DNA of 62,967 bases, the filler included, from Octopus bimaculoides (Eukaryota): NCBI RefSeq assembly GCF_001194135.2. It is 4 parts of 3 records of this genome, joined end to end, with 100 filler letters (N's around TTAATTAATTAA, not from the genome) between each part and the next. Parts side by side here need not be neighbours in the genome. Positions count along the whole stretch, not along the records: positions 20,378 to 41,043 come from NC_068983.1; 3 more parts are not named here. The stretch is one strand, 5' to 3'. A program made the translations under genes and the position numbers. The notes beneath the pieces were generated by a model. It ran no database searches, was not told the DNA's origin, and saw only the letters and a list, made by a program, of their open reading frames with translations. Below, piece after piece: positions 27,546-40,894 of the stretch; the stretch's first letter is position 1, and the number at the start of each line of letters is the position of its first letter.

Positions 27546-28489
27546 TATTAATAAAAAAACTGGAATTTATGCTATTATTTTTAATTGTTATAAAACAATT
27601 GTAACTACATAATTTAAAATGATAACATAAATTGCAGTAATTGCACACACATACCCAAATGCCTTGCTGTGTTTAATTACATGTTTCATATATCATATCT
27701 TTTAAATATAAAGAAACAAAAAAAGAAATACAAGAGAAAATTTACAAAGATTCAAAGGTGATAAGTTCAGGTGTTTCCTGCACTATTTGTTGTGCATGCA
27801 GGCAAATCACACCATGTAGGTATCATATTTACACAGCAGTGAAATACTTGTTATTAAGAAGGAGAGGAATATCTAAATTGGCACCACTGTGTAGCCTGTA
27901 TTGGCTTGGAGTAGAAATGAAAAGCTCCCTTTTAATTGTGCTTGTGCATGCACACACATGTGGTGTGTGTGTGTATGCATATATATACACAGACACACAT
28001 ATACACACACAACTAAGTGTTGATTGTGGGGCTGGGGAGAGGAGAATGATGGTTAGTGGTAAAGGATGACAGAGGGGACTAATGCACGTAGACAGATCTG
28101 ATGCTATCCCCCATTACACAGGCTTTGTGATCAAAGGAAGAAAAGAGGAAGAGTGATGGGGATGATGGCTGAAGGTGGGAAGATAATGATAATGGGTGAT
28201 GGAGAGATTGAGTGCACACAGATCAGATGCCATTGCTTATTACACAAGCAATATGATACAACGAATAGGATAGTGTGTGTATGTGAAAGACAGATATGAA
28301 ACTAATGAATAGGGGAAGTACCAATAGGAATATACCAAGAGACTCAGGACCCAGTGGTATATTCGAAACTCCATCAGCATTATATTAATGATCATTTTAC
28401 TATACTTGTATGGTGGGCATGTTTTCTTCAGAATTGCAAGTTGCCTGCTAATCATAATAGTTCTTTGTTATCTTCTTTTTTTGTGGTTC

Positions 28490-29620
28490 AGTTACAATAT
28501 TTACCACTTCACTCCATGTCTTCCTAAGACTTCCTCTTTCACAGGTTCCTTTCACTTCAAAGAATTTCTTTATACAACTGAAATCCACTATATGTATCAC
28601 AATTTTTCTATTGCACACTACATTACATTCCTTTTCTATCCAGCTTTTCTCTCAGCTCATTTGTACCTTGTCATTCTTGCAAACTAATATTACACATTTA
28701 GCGGGTCTTGCATACTTCATTTCTTTGCAGCTATTGCAAATCTTCTGCATTTATGCCTCACAGTTCACAATCATGAAACAGTGAAGTGCATACACAAGCA
28801 ACATAGACATGCATTCACTATGAAAAAGAGTTCCTAGTAGAGATAATAGCACACTTAACTTTGCTGTCCTGTGTAACTGTGGCTTCTACATTTTCAGTAC
28901 ATCCACTAATTAAGTTCCCTAGGTATCAGAAGCAATTAACTTTTAGTTAGAATTATGAATATTTGAAGGAATTACTCCTCCTCATAAGGTCTAAATTCTC
29001 TGTTAGCCAGCGTAAACACTCCATATGGAGTTTCTGCAAACCACTTTTCTGCATATGAAGCATAACTATTTACCTAATGATATCAGGGCCTTAATTTTTC
29101 CCCTACTAGCTAAGTTTATTTTGAAGTTTATCAATTCCAAGCTTTGCTTCCATGTCTGGTATATCTTTGCCAAACTCCATAAAAGCTAGATAATCAGCAA
29201 ACAAGAGTTCTCATGAAGAGTTGCTCATAAGCCCCTCTGTTATGACCTGGAATACTATGACAAACAGGAAGAATTGAGAACTAAGCCCTGACGGTCCTCT
29301 ATTTGTATGCTGAACACATTGCTGAACTCACTGCTGGCTGCACCTCCATATACAACTTATGCGACCCTCACAAATCCTTTGTCTACTCCTAAATCTCCTT
29401 AGCAACCACCAGATCAGAGTGTGATGGACCATGTAAAGGTTTCTCTAGGTCATAGAATGCTAAGTAGAGGAACTTACTCCTAGTTAAGTACATCTCTTCC
29501 TGGAACAAAGCCAAACTATGTCACATCCAAGCCAATTCTGTTCCTAATCAATTGTACCAAAACTCTTTCCATAATTTTTACAATCTACTTCAAAAATTTG
29601 ATGCTTCTTTAGTACATGTG
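28490..29620 (-). mobile_element. Old RTE-clade LINE remnant (RT and C-terminus)
   Basis: Fragments FGFVPGR, LGVDKGFVRV, SEFSNVFS, CIKKFFEVKGTCERGSLRKTWSEVV, with many stops. Confidence 0.65.
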
Positions 29621-29699
29621 AATTTGTATGTGAGTGCATACATATCTTTAAAGTGTTTCAGCTCTAAAGCTGTGGTCATGCAAAGGCACTACCATTGAC

Positions 29700-32180
29700 T
29701 GTGCTACACCATTATTTGAAACCTCCTCTGATATGAGGCATTTGGTGAATGAGGGAGTTTGATGCTGCTGCCCTTGTCTGTGTTTCCTGCCATGAGGTAG
29801 GTTCATATGGAACCCTTGACAGGAGGAGATCCAGTTTTATTTTGAAGACATCTACATCCATACCATGCAGGCCTCTCAAGCATTTTGGAAGGATATTGAA
29901 GTCATGTGGGCTCTTGAAACCCAAGCTGTTGCAGTATCTGGTCCTGCACCCCAATGGAGATACTAGGACCCCTGGCACTGTGCAGTAATGCCCTATTCTG
30001 CTACCTGTGCAACTCTGAATGCCTGAGTTTGACATGAGGCCCTCAAGGATTTTCCAGATGTACATTACTGCATATCTTTCCCACCTTTGCTCTAGAGAGA
30101 AGAGCCCTAACTCTGTCAGTCTTTCCTGGTAGTTGACATGCTGCGCTGAGACAATTTTCTCTGTGTAGCCTTGCTGGACTGCTTTGGGCCCTGTCATTAA
30201 GTTTATATTGTGTGGTGATCATAGTTGTGAGCAATAGTCCAAGCAGCTGAGGATGTATGCCCCCAAAGGACCATCATTGTCTTCTTTTTCCTTGTTTTGA
30301 AAGTTCAGAGGATCCATTTAGTTAGCCACCTACATTTTATTACCAAATTAGTAATATACAATTGGAAAGATACATCATTGCTCATGTTAATGCCCAGGTT
30401 ACGCACTGATTTTGATTCAGGGATTGCAGTCCCTCCAAGGCCAGTGTATCCTGTCTGCATGACATTCATCTTTGTGTGCTAGTAGCACAGGGCTTGGAAT
30501 TTTCCTGCATTAAACTGCATCTTATTGTCCTCAGTTCACCTGTCTATTGCGTTCAACTCCCATTGCAGATGGGCAACATTTCCAGGATTTTGTATTGTAT
30601 GACAGACTTTTGTGTCATCTGCATAGCTAGCAAGGGTGGCTATCTGAACAGCTGAGGGTATGTCTGAGAGGGCCCTAAAACAGTGTCTTACCACTCTTAC
30701 CATTCACAAGAAAGCTCTGAAAAAGAAGCTGCAGTGGTTTTGCAAGGGCTCGTTTGCACGATTTGAGAAGGATTGCTGGGAATCCATTAGGGCCAGCAAC
30801 TGAGTTTGTGTCAACCCCATCTATAGCCATTGTTACATCTTCTTTAATATTGATGTAATCAAATTTTGCCTCTTTGGTTACAGGTGAAGTGGCAAAGAAT
30901 TCTGCTGGTTTGTTCACTTGCCTGTGTTCCAGAGGTGTAGTGAACACACTCTGAAACTGTTTGTTCAGTATTTCACTTATCCTCATTGGGTTTCATGCAA
31001 GGGAGTCATCTTTTTGCAAGAGGGGTCCTATCTTGTGGTGTATTGAGGCTGTTTCTTTGGCAAAATTAAAGAAAGTTTTTGGGTTTAGCTTGATATTTTT
31101 TATAACCTAAGCTTCCTTATCTGCTTTCACTTTTTCATGAGACTGATGCAGACTTTTCTCAATCTCCAACAGCACTCTCCCCAGGTGGGACTTCTCACCA
31201 CTTTTGGGATGCTTGCTTAGGTGGTTTGCAATCTTTGTCTGTTATCTCATAAGCATCTTCCTTTTACTAGGGATCCTGTTTTTGTGTGTGTTGGCCCTGG
31301 GCTCTAGGACAGATTTGTCACATATGGCTTGCATTATGGACATGAAATGTTTGTGTTTCACGTCAATGTTTGGTGTGGAGAGACATTTAGGCCAATCCTG
31401 TTTGAGGATCCCTTTCTCAATCAATTTCTAGTTTGCTTTATGAAAATTCAGCTTGAAGAGATTTTGGGTGCTTCGTATAGGCTGTACATATGCAGGGGCT
31501 CTTGGTCCATGCATAGACAGCTCTATTATGTTGTGATCCGAGACTAGCATTGTGTCACTTTAACATTATGGATAATATCCATATTGTTTGTAAAGCAGAT
31601 ATCCAGTATATTATGGTTGCAGCACAATTTGTTCCATGAAAGAAGTATTGGCAAGGTGAAGCAGGGACTCTGTCTGTGCTTGCTGGTGGTGTGTCATTCC
31701 TGGGAGCATCTGGGCCCCTGGCCATCCCACATTGGGGAAGTTAAAGTCACCCAAAAGGAATACACTGATGTGTTGGTCCAGTTTGGGTGAAAACTTCTAT
31801 CTTTGCTAGGCAGTCTTCAGACCTACCTGTAGGATTTAGAGCATCCAGTGGGTGGTATGTAGTACATATGATAATATTAAGTTGTCTTATGTGTAGAATT
31901 TGAGCATCACACACTGAATTTGAATATGACAGCAGGACCTGGGGTGTGAGGTCCTCTTGGATGTACACAGCAACTCCACCATGGCTCCTTTCTTTTCTAT
32001 CTGAGCGTATGACAACATATTATGGCATGTGTATTTCTGCATCTCCTATATCAGGTCTGAGATGCATTTCTACAAGTGCTATGCATAAAGCTTGATTGCA
32101 TGCAGTAAGGTCTCTCAGGAATAAGATTTTTGTTTTACACTTGATGTGCAGCAGCCTTCTGATGTTTAGAAGAAATATTT
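29700..32180 (-). mobile_element. CR1/L2-group LINE (APE plus partial RT and C-terminus), internally deleted
   Basis: APE motifs LVEMHL, DRKERSHGGVAVYI, GDFNFPN, SDHNIIEL. RT YADD at 30614-30625. C-terminal LFSLEQRWERY..WKILEG..RAAASNSL. Confidence 0.88.
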
Positions 32181-32876
32181 TTTTGCCTTTTGCGTATAGA
32201 TATTAATCTGCATTTACAAATACACAAACACATATATACAAATACACGTACATACATACATACATACATGTATAAATGTTAGTGTATGAGTACATTATGT
32301 ACATATATAATCTTTGGATGTTAGCATAATATAATGATACGTACAATGTTTTATTCACATTTTTGTGTACATACACACAAAATGAAAGAGTAAAAGGAGT
32401 GGAATAAATAAATTGAACAAGGAGCCAATCTCTATTAGAAATAACAGAAATCAGAGCAGAAATACTGTGCAGGTCAAGCCACTGATCAGTATTAATGTAG
32501 CAACTAATATATTTAAATGTTTTTTAACCCTAATAATTATACATTTTTACCTTGAAACCAAAACATGAGATTTTTAACAGGAACACTATGAAAATTACAG
32601 TTGCCTAAGAAGCATAAGCTTGCAGATACTTAGTCACAGAATGGAAGTTAGAAACAATGGCCACATCCCTCCCTGATGCCAATGCTATTGTAGACATGCC
32701 TCTTACTAAATGGACAACATTCCTAAAATTGTCATTCTGTTCTACAGTTTTGGAGATACATCTGGACTAAGTATGAGGGATACTGTTTTGAGGATAGATG
32801 AAAATTATTCCAGCCAAGATCAACATATCTTGTGTATACAAAGACATATTAAAAGTAAATAGATACCTCTCATTAA

Positions 32877-33096
32877 CCCTTTAGCATTTAAACCAGTCAT
32901 ATCCAGCCCAAAATGTTCTACCTGTTTTATGTTCAAACTGGCCAGAGCTGGCCTCTCACACCTACCCAACAATGTCATTCAAACCATAAACAATCACATG
33001 ATAAAAAATTTTAAAGCTACAAGATAATGTATGATTAATTTAAAAGAGTGAATGAATATGCATTAAATTTGATGGAGTAATCTGAACACTAAAGGA
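32877..33096. mobile_element. piggyBac-like MITE, copy 1
   Basis: TTAA|CCCTTTAGCATT start with a decayed right TIR (aacactaaagga). Same body as 47803-48019. Confidence 0.7.
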
Positions 33097-33199
33097 TTAT
33101 AAAGTTTTATCTGTGCAGACACTATCTGGTGCTTCAAACTTGTTAATGTATTAATATTTTTTATTTCAGATTATAGTGTATTAATTATTTATAGTAACT

Positions 33200-33620
33200 A
33201 GCCATTTTGAGAACACCAGAAGCAAAAGAGTTGTCTGATTTTCAGAGAGAGTATATTGTGTGTTCAATCTGAGGGTGGACATAACCAGCATAAGATTGCA
33301 CATAACCTTGGGATTCCTCCTGTCACAGTCAACACAATGTACAATTCACCAACAAAAGAAAAGGAATCAACAACATTCTGTTCAAGTCAACTTAAGCCCT
33401 TTGACAGGTGTCTCCAGGCTGTCGGGTAGACTGTTGGAAATTATCCCACTTGTAAGGCAGCTGATGCTGCAGAGTAACTCCAAATGAGCTGGGGTACTTC
33501 TGTAAGGTATCTCCATCAACTATGGCAGAGCAGCTAGAAGGAAACCTCTTTTTCAATCAGCAAATATTCAAAACTTAAAAAAATGAAACTATCTATTTAC
33601 TTTTGAGACATCTGTGTATA
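33200..33620 (+). mobile_element. Tc1-like transposase N-terminal remnant with right TIR-like end
   Basis: AKELSDFQREYIV/QSEGGHNQHKIAHNLGIPPVTVN..KEKEST resembles the paired-like HTH. Ends tacttttgagacatctgtgTA. Confidence 0.65.
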
Positions 33621-33978
33621 GGACTACATTCTTTTAATGAGTCCTTTTTTTTAAAGATGGAAAGGTGTGAGGGGGCCATTTGGCTGCTATTTCTAGTGGA
33701 TCTAGTGACTATGTGGCTGAACTGAATATGTAGGTTAGTGTTTGGAGAGTGGTGCTGTAGTGATGTTCTAAGGTGGTATAGATGTGACTGGATATTTGTA
33801 GTCAAGGACTAAGAGGAATAATCTTTCTTGAATGATATTGTAGTTGAAAACTGAGGTACTCTCAGCCAACATTTGTTCGGTAATTTTGTGTTTTGTCTTA
33901 ATATCTGATTATTGCAATAATTTTCCATTACAGTGCTAGATAAATTTAAAACAAAAACTTGGAAAAAATTGGTGTGCT

Positions 33979-34030
<52 letters not shown>

Positions 34031-34425
34031 CAGTTCTACCAAGAATACCAAAGCTATGTTTACATTTAGCACATCTAATGATTGAGAAAAGCTTATGCCA
34101 GACTATGGTGGTATCATATGAGACCTAAGGCAAACAACTTATGCAAGCAGAATCCTAAAAAGTTTGGCAAGCAACAAGTCAGAAATGTTAAACATAAAAA
34201 AAGAAAAAATAGAAAAAATACATTTATATATCTTCCAGTCTCCAATTTTAATCCCAGGGCCCAATAGACATCATGTTCATTTAAAAATGTTATTAAAATA
34301 GAACAAAAATTATATTTTAGAGTCTTGATTGCAATGCTAGGACAGTACACGGAAACATTTTGCTTCCATACTGCCAAAGGACAGATAGAAATTATTTTAA
34401 AGAAGGTTAAATACACACACACACA

Positions 34426-35305
34426 CATCATCATCATCATCATCATCATCATCGTTTAACATCCGCTTTCCATGCTAGCATGGGTTGGACGACTTGACTG
34501 AGGACTGGTGAAACCGGATGGCAACACCAGGCTCCAATCTAAATTTGGCAGAGTTTCTACAGCTGGATGCCTTTCCTAACGCCAACCACTCAGAGAGTGT
34601 AGTAGGTGCTTTTACGTGTCACCTGCATGAAGGCCAGTCAGGCGATACTGGCAACGGCCACGCTCGAAATGGTGTCTTTTATGTGCCNNNNNNNNNNNNN
34701 NNNNNNNNNNNNNNNNNNNNNNNNNNNNNNNNNNNNNNNNNNNNNNNNNNNNNNNNNNNNNNNNNNNNNNNNNNNNNNNNNNNNNNNNNNNNNNNNNNNN
34801 NNNNNNNNNNNNNNNNNNNNNNNNNNNNNNNNNNNNNNNNNNNNNNNNNNNNNNNNNNNNNNNNNNNNNNNNNNNNNNNNNNNNNNNNNNNNNNNNNNNN
34901 NNNNNNNNNNNNNNNNNNNNNNNNNNNNNNNNNNNNNNNNNNNNNNNNNNNNNNNNNNNNNNNNNNNNNNNNNNNNNNNNNNNNNNNNNNNNNNACGGGT
35001 TCCCTCAACTGTTAGGGTGTGGCACTTTTTCATGCAGCTATCCTCATCCATTCTCACCACATGTCCATACCAGCGCAATCGTCTCTCTTGCACACCACAA
35101 CTGATGCTTCTAATGTTCATCTTTTCTCTCAAGATACTTACACTCTGACGGGTATTCACATTGACATTACACATCCAACAGAGCATACTGGCTTCATTCC
35201 TTGCGAGCTTACGTATGTCCTCAGCAGTTACAGCCCATGTTTCACTGCCATGTAGCATGGCTGTTCGTACACAGTTACAGCCCATGTTTCACTGCCATGG
35301 GCTGT
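34426..35305 (-). mobile_element. 5'-truncated RTE LINE with (TGA)n tail
   Basis: ORF 34638: AMLHGSETWAVTAEDIRKLARNEASML..RRLRWYGHVVRMDEDSC. 3' UTR ends at (CAT)n 34426-34453. Gap at 34688-34994. Confidence 0.9.
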
Positions 35306-35365
35306 TGTAATATATCTTTACAGCTAGTATCACTGGAAACCAAATAGGTAGTAAAAAATTTGCTT

Positions 35366-35666
35366 CAGTTTATATTGGTTTATATTTAAGAGATGAAGAA
35401 TTATGTACATTATTTACATTTGACGGATATTTATCCTCATCTTGTTTGTTGTTAACACAACGTTTCAGCTGATATACCCTCCAGCCTTCATCAGGTATCT
35501 TGGGGAAATTTCGAACCTGGATTCTAATTCCTAAGGTATTTTTCGATATTATTATTATTATTATTATGGTCACTGCCTGGAATCAAACTCGGAATCCTGG
35601 GGTTAGTAGCCCGCATTCTTAACCACTACGCCATATACCCATAGGCATATTAGCGTAGTGGTTAAG
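35366..35666 (-). mobile_element. Composite short element family D: tRNA-like head, (AAT)n, hammerhead-like core, inverted head
   Basis: On the - strand: A box TGGCGTAGTGG (35623-35633), B box GAGTTTGATTCC (35579-35590), CTGATGA-A-GGCTG..CAGCT-GAAA (35463-35494). 14-bp perfect inverted repeat at 35618-35631 and 35653-35666. Partial copy near 8035-8075. Confidence 0.75.
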
Positions 35667-35786
35667 ATTAAATGACAGGAAATCTAAATCAAAAACCTAC
35701 CGAAGAGACAGACTGAATATCATTTTAAGTCAGAACAAAGTCAGGATCTATTGGATTGAAATTATAAGATAAATAAAAAGGATGGT

Positions 35787-35838
<52 letters not shown>

Positions 35839-38019
35839 AATAAAAGTTTGACAGATTGTGATGATCAAGTGTAGAAATTAGTGAAGGATAACCTGAAAGG
35901 CATTAATATAAGTTACTAGATGACAAACAAAAAAAAAAAATAGCCATTGGAATGCAGTAAGTCAAAACAATTTGGTTTGATATTGAGATTAAATTTGTTT
36001 TATACTGAAACATATTATTGACCTGTCTAAATGGTGTGGATAGCAATTGTAGAAATGGAATTGAGTGAGTTTCAGACTATATCACAGCCTTCTCTATGAT
36101 ATATTGCAATCAATAATATGATAATTGAACAAATCCTTATCATTATCATAACTAGTATTTATTGGGAATTAGAACAATCAGTAATATCCACATTCAATTA
36201 TTGCATCACTAATATAATGATTTCTCTAGATTATTCTGTAGACAAATTCCCAGAATAGCATAGTTTAGTGGATTTTCTTGGCTCTACTTGAATGTTGATA
36301 TCTTACGTCATTAACATGGATGATAGAATGGTTAGAATAGCAACAAAATATCTTGCAGTGTTTAGATGTAAGCCTTTACACTTTGAGTTCAAATCCTAAC
36401 CAAGGTCAACTTTAACTTTCATCACAGTATGATGAAACAGTATCAGTAATATACTGAAGTTGTACTTGTTCTCTTCTATAAACTTGCCCATGTTAGAAAT
36501 GATTGTTTTATTTTCATCATACAAGTTCTGAAATCTATAAATCTGTGTGAGCCACTAGCTAGGACCATTTTGTATCATTAAAATCAATATTCATCCTCTC
36601 TTCAGTTACACAGCCCCATTTCATTCTATAACTAGGAAGTATTATGCCTATAGATGAAGCAATTACTTTACTAATTGTTGTTAAAAGCAATTAGTTTCAT
36701 ATTATAATAATCTATGTGCTTTAGATTGCAAGGAATGACCAAAATTAATTAAACAATTGCAGGTGAGCTTGAACACTAGACTTTTATGCCCAATGTTTTA
36801 AAGATCTGGGGATTAATTATGAAAACAACTGTTACTGTAATAAAGGTTCATTACAAATGTAAACACACTAATTGATTTGTATTTGCTCTATTCTTAGTTA
36901 TCTCACAGATAATCAAAAATCTATGCTTCTAGTCTGTCTGACTTTTATCTCAAGAGTCAATTACAATTTGAGACTGATCACTTGTTAAACATACACACAA
37001 CCAAATTAGATAGATTGCACTATTTCCCAAAGTCTTCCCAAGTGATTTAAAAACTTCCACTCACCAACCATTAGTACTCATAAGCATTGTTTTCACTCTC
37101 TGTCAGCTTCAAGGAGTTCAAGTCAACTGACAGAAATATTTCATCTATTGATATTTCAGCTGGAAGTTATGTAAGGAAGCAATGCGTGTGTGTGTATGTG
37201 TGTGTGTGCAGATGTGTGTATCTTGCGTATTAAAAATAGGAGACACTAGATAGATAGCATAACTTAAGATGCACTGTATCGGAACAAAAGACAGGAGGGT
37301 CAATACTGGAATGTTTTTCATCATAGGTGCCTGAATCAAGGTTGAACAATATCACGAACATCCACAACACTAACAAGAACCAGCTACCACATGGTTGCTG
37401 AATCTCCCAAAACTAGACGCTATATCTACCTCAAATCCCATCTAACTGTCTTAAAGAAAGGAAGTTTGATAGGCAATAAGATAGGATGGTTGTACATGGA
37501 ATACTTTTGAGTATAAGTTTACTCAACTGGGATTGGTCTTGTGCTAAACCACAAAAGTGACAACAGTATTAATGATATCATTGACATTATAGCTGCCATT
37601 ATAGTAATAATGAGAAAGAGAGAGAGAGAGAGAGAGTTAGGCTGGCAATAAAAGAGTTGTGATCAAGAAACATGACTGAGATGATAAAAGACAACAAATA
37701 TATGGTAGCAACAACAGAAGTGGAACAATGAGAGAGAATAATTGGCAAGAAAAGAACAAAGGTGACAAAACAGGTTAAAACAAAACTAATTTACTAAATT
37801 TAAATATTTAATTGGATTTACTCTGAGGAGCACTGGATACAATGTTTGACTGGAAGAACAAAATTTCAATGATCAGCTCTGTTACTATCGCAGTGTGTGC
37901 CCCTGCACTAGTGTCTGCATAGGAGTGTCCCTGTTGCTAATGTGTGTGTGTGTGTGTGTGTGTGTGTATAAGAGTGCCCGTTTGTGCATGTGTGTGTATC
38001 TGAGTATTCTATGCAATAG

Positions 38020-38161
<142 letters not shown>

Positions 38162-38977
38162 AAGTGCAGCATTTACAGCAGTTATATCACTGTACACAAG
38201 TTGTAAATGTCAATATCAGTAGCTGATGACAACAGAAAAGTTAAAGCAGCACATCATAATACATCAATACATGAATGGTGTGATATCTAAAGAGATAGCT
38301 AGCTATCTTGGAATTTCAGTTTGGATACAGGCCAAGTGGTTTAAGGTTAGATCTGCTGGATGTGAAATGTTGAAGAGACAAGATACACTGTGAATACATA
38401 TGAAGAAAATATTGAATCAATGAGAATGTTTCTACATGGTCATTCTACTTGAAAGAAATAACAACTAATTTCTCTCAAAACAAACACTGCTTACAAATAA
38501 GGACATGTTATATAATGCAGTCCTAGCGACATTATGGCTGAATAAGAGTGGATGAACATACAAAAAACACATGATTATATATCTGCTTGATCAGTGCAGA
38601 CATAAGTCTAAATAACAACAAAAGCACCACCAAAACTATATTGTGAATATAACAGGGAAATATTGTATGAAAATACTGAGAATAAACTAAGACATAATCG
38701 TAAATATCAGCAATAATATTACATTATACATATGCAATATTATGACTAAACAACAAATATATCATGACAACTTGTCAGTATAGGTACATACAAACATATA
38801 TTATATATATAAATATATATGTTATAAATATATATAATATATATATATAATATATATATATATACATATATATATATNNNNNNNNNNNNNNNNNNNNNNN
38901 NNNNNNNNNNNNNNNNNNNNNNNNNNNNNNNNNNNNNNNNNNNNNNNNNNNNNNNNNNNNNNNNNNNNNNNNNNNNN

Positions 38978-39489
38978 TCATCATCATCATCGTTTAACGT
39001 CCGCTTTCCATGCTAGTATGGGATGGATGATTTAACTGAGGACGGGCAAACCAGAGGGCTGCACCAGGCTCCAATCTGAACTGGCAGAGTTTCTACAGCT
39101 GGATGCCCTTCCTAATGCCAACCACTCTGAGTGTGTAGTGGGTGCTTTTACGTGCCACTGGCACAAGGGCCAGTCTGGCAGTACTGGCAATGGCCACGCT
39201 CAAAATGGTGTTTTTTACATACCACCTGCACAGGAGCCAGTCAAGCAGCACTAGCAACAACCTCACTCAAATGTTTTTTCACGGGCCACCGGCACAAGTG
39301 CCAGTACTGTGATGCTGGTAATGAACCTGCTCAAATGGTGCTATTTACGTGCCACCGGCACAGAAGCCAGTCATCGAATTTGGTTCAATTATGATTTTGA
39401 TTTCACTTGCCCCAACAGGTCTTCGCAAGCAGAGTTTAGTGTCCAATGAAGGAAAGGCACGCATAAGTGGGCTGGCTACACCCCTGGCA
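38978..39489 (-). mobile_element. RTE LINE 3' UTR and tail (non-inverted part of a rearranged copy)
   Basis: catcatcatcgtttaacgtccgctttccatgc...cagagtttctacagctggatgcc matches 34440-34620. Confidence 0.88.
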
Positions 39490-40533
39490 AAGTCAACGAG
39501 TACAGTGAAGAATTCCGGGTAGAGGTAGGAGTACACCAAGGTTCAGTCCTCAACCCCTTCCTATTTAACATAGTCCTCCAGGCAATAACACAGGAATTCA
39601 AGACAGGTTGCTCCTGGGAGCTCTGCTATGCTGACGACCTTGCTCTAATTGCTGTGTCACTACCAGAACTAGAGGAGAAGTTTCAGGTGTGGAAGCAAGG
39701 ACAAGAATTGAAGGGCCTTAGAGTCAACCTAGCTAAAACCAAAGTCCTAATAAGTAGAAAGGTAGACAAACCACAAAACCCTGCTCGATCTGTAGAAAAG
39801 GCGTAGGTAGAAACTCTATAAGATGTACCCAGTTTAAGATATGGACACATAAGAGGTGCAGCAATATCAAAGGAAGGCTAACTAGCAAGATAATTTTTGT
39901 ATGTGGCAGATGCTCAGGAGCAGTAAACACTGTAAATGTGCAGAGAACAACTGCCACATTCCAGGGGAAGAAACTAGAAGTATTTGATAGCTTCCGTTAC
40001 CTAGGTGACCAAGTCAGTAGCGGGGGAGGGTGCACCGAAAGTGTAGCTGCTAGAATAAGAATAGCCTGGGCAAAGTTCAGAGAGCTCTTACCTCTGCTGG
40101 TGAGAAAGGGCCTCTCGCTCAGAGTAAAAGGCAGATTGTATGACACGTGTACGAACAGCCATGCTATATGGCAGTGAAACATGGGCCGTGACTGCTGAGG
40201 ACATGCGCAAGCTCGCAAAGAATGAAACCAGTATGCTCCGATGGATGTGTAATGTCAGTGTGCATACCTGACAGAGTGTAAGTATCTTGAGAGAAAAGTT
40301 CGATCTAAGAAGCATCAGTTGTGGTGTGCAAGAGAGACGATTGCGCTAGTACGGTCATTTTGGCGAGAATGGACGAGGATAGCTATGTGAAAAAGAGCCA
40401 CAGCCTTGCGGTTGAGGGTACCCGTGGGAGAGGTAGACCCAGGGATACCTGGAACGAGGTGGTGAAGCACGACCTTCGAACGTTAGGCCTCACTGAGGCA
40501 ATGACTTGTGACGGAGACCTTTGGAAATATGCT
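39490..40533 (+). mobile_element. RTE LINE RT and C-terminus, inverted relative to its 3' UTR
   Basis: EEFRVEVGVHQGSVLNPFLF, YADD at 39627-39638, FRYLGDQVSSGGG, WAKFRELLPLL, GTRGRGRPRDTWNEVV, ending LWKYA. Confidence 0.9.
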
Positions 40534-40894
40534 ATATATATATATATATATGTACATATATATATATACATATATATATAATGTATATACACATATATAT
40601 ATAATGTATATATACATATCTATATAATGTATATATACATATATATATATAATGTACATATACATATATATATATATATATATAATTATATGTATTTATT
40701 CTATCCTAATAAATAATAATTCTGATAGAATAAATGGGTTAATAGAAACCAAGGTAGCAAAGATCACAAAATAACTGTGGTGTAATTCCTGTTGGTGAGG
40801 CAGAAACTCCTTGATATTTTGGGTATTTGAGTATATTTAAAAATTTAAGGAATGGAGAAAATGCATGTTATAACTGCGCTCTTTTCTCTCTCTC

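Noticed and set aside
32590-32770. - strand open frame NVVHLVRGMSTIALASGRDVAIV
   Set aside because: Several conflicting splice options and no homology recognised.
35570-35640. Genuine tRNA gene
   Set aside because: A and B boxes are present, but the acceptor stem does not pair and it is fused to a repeat body, so it is a SINE head.
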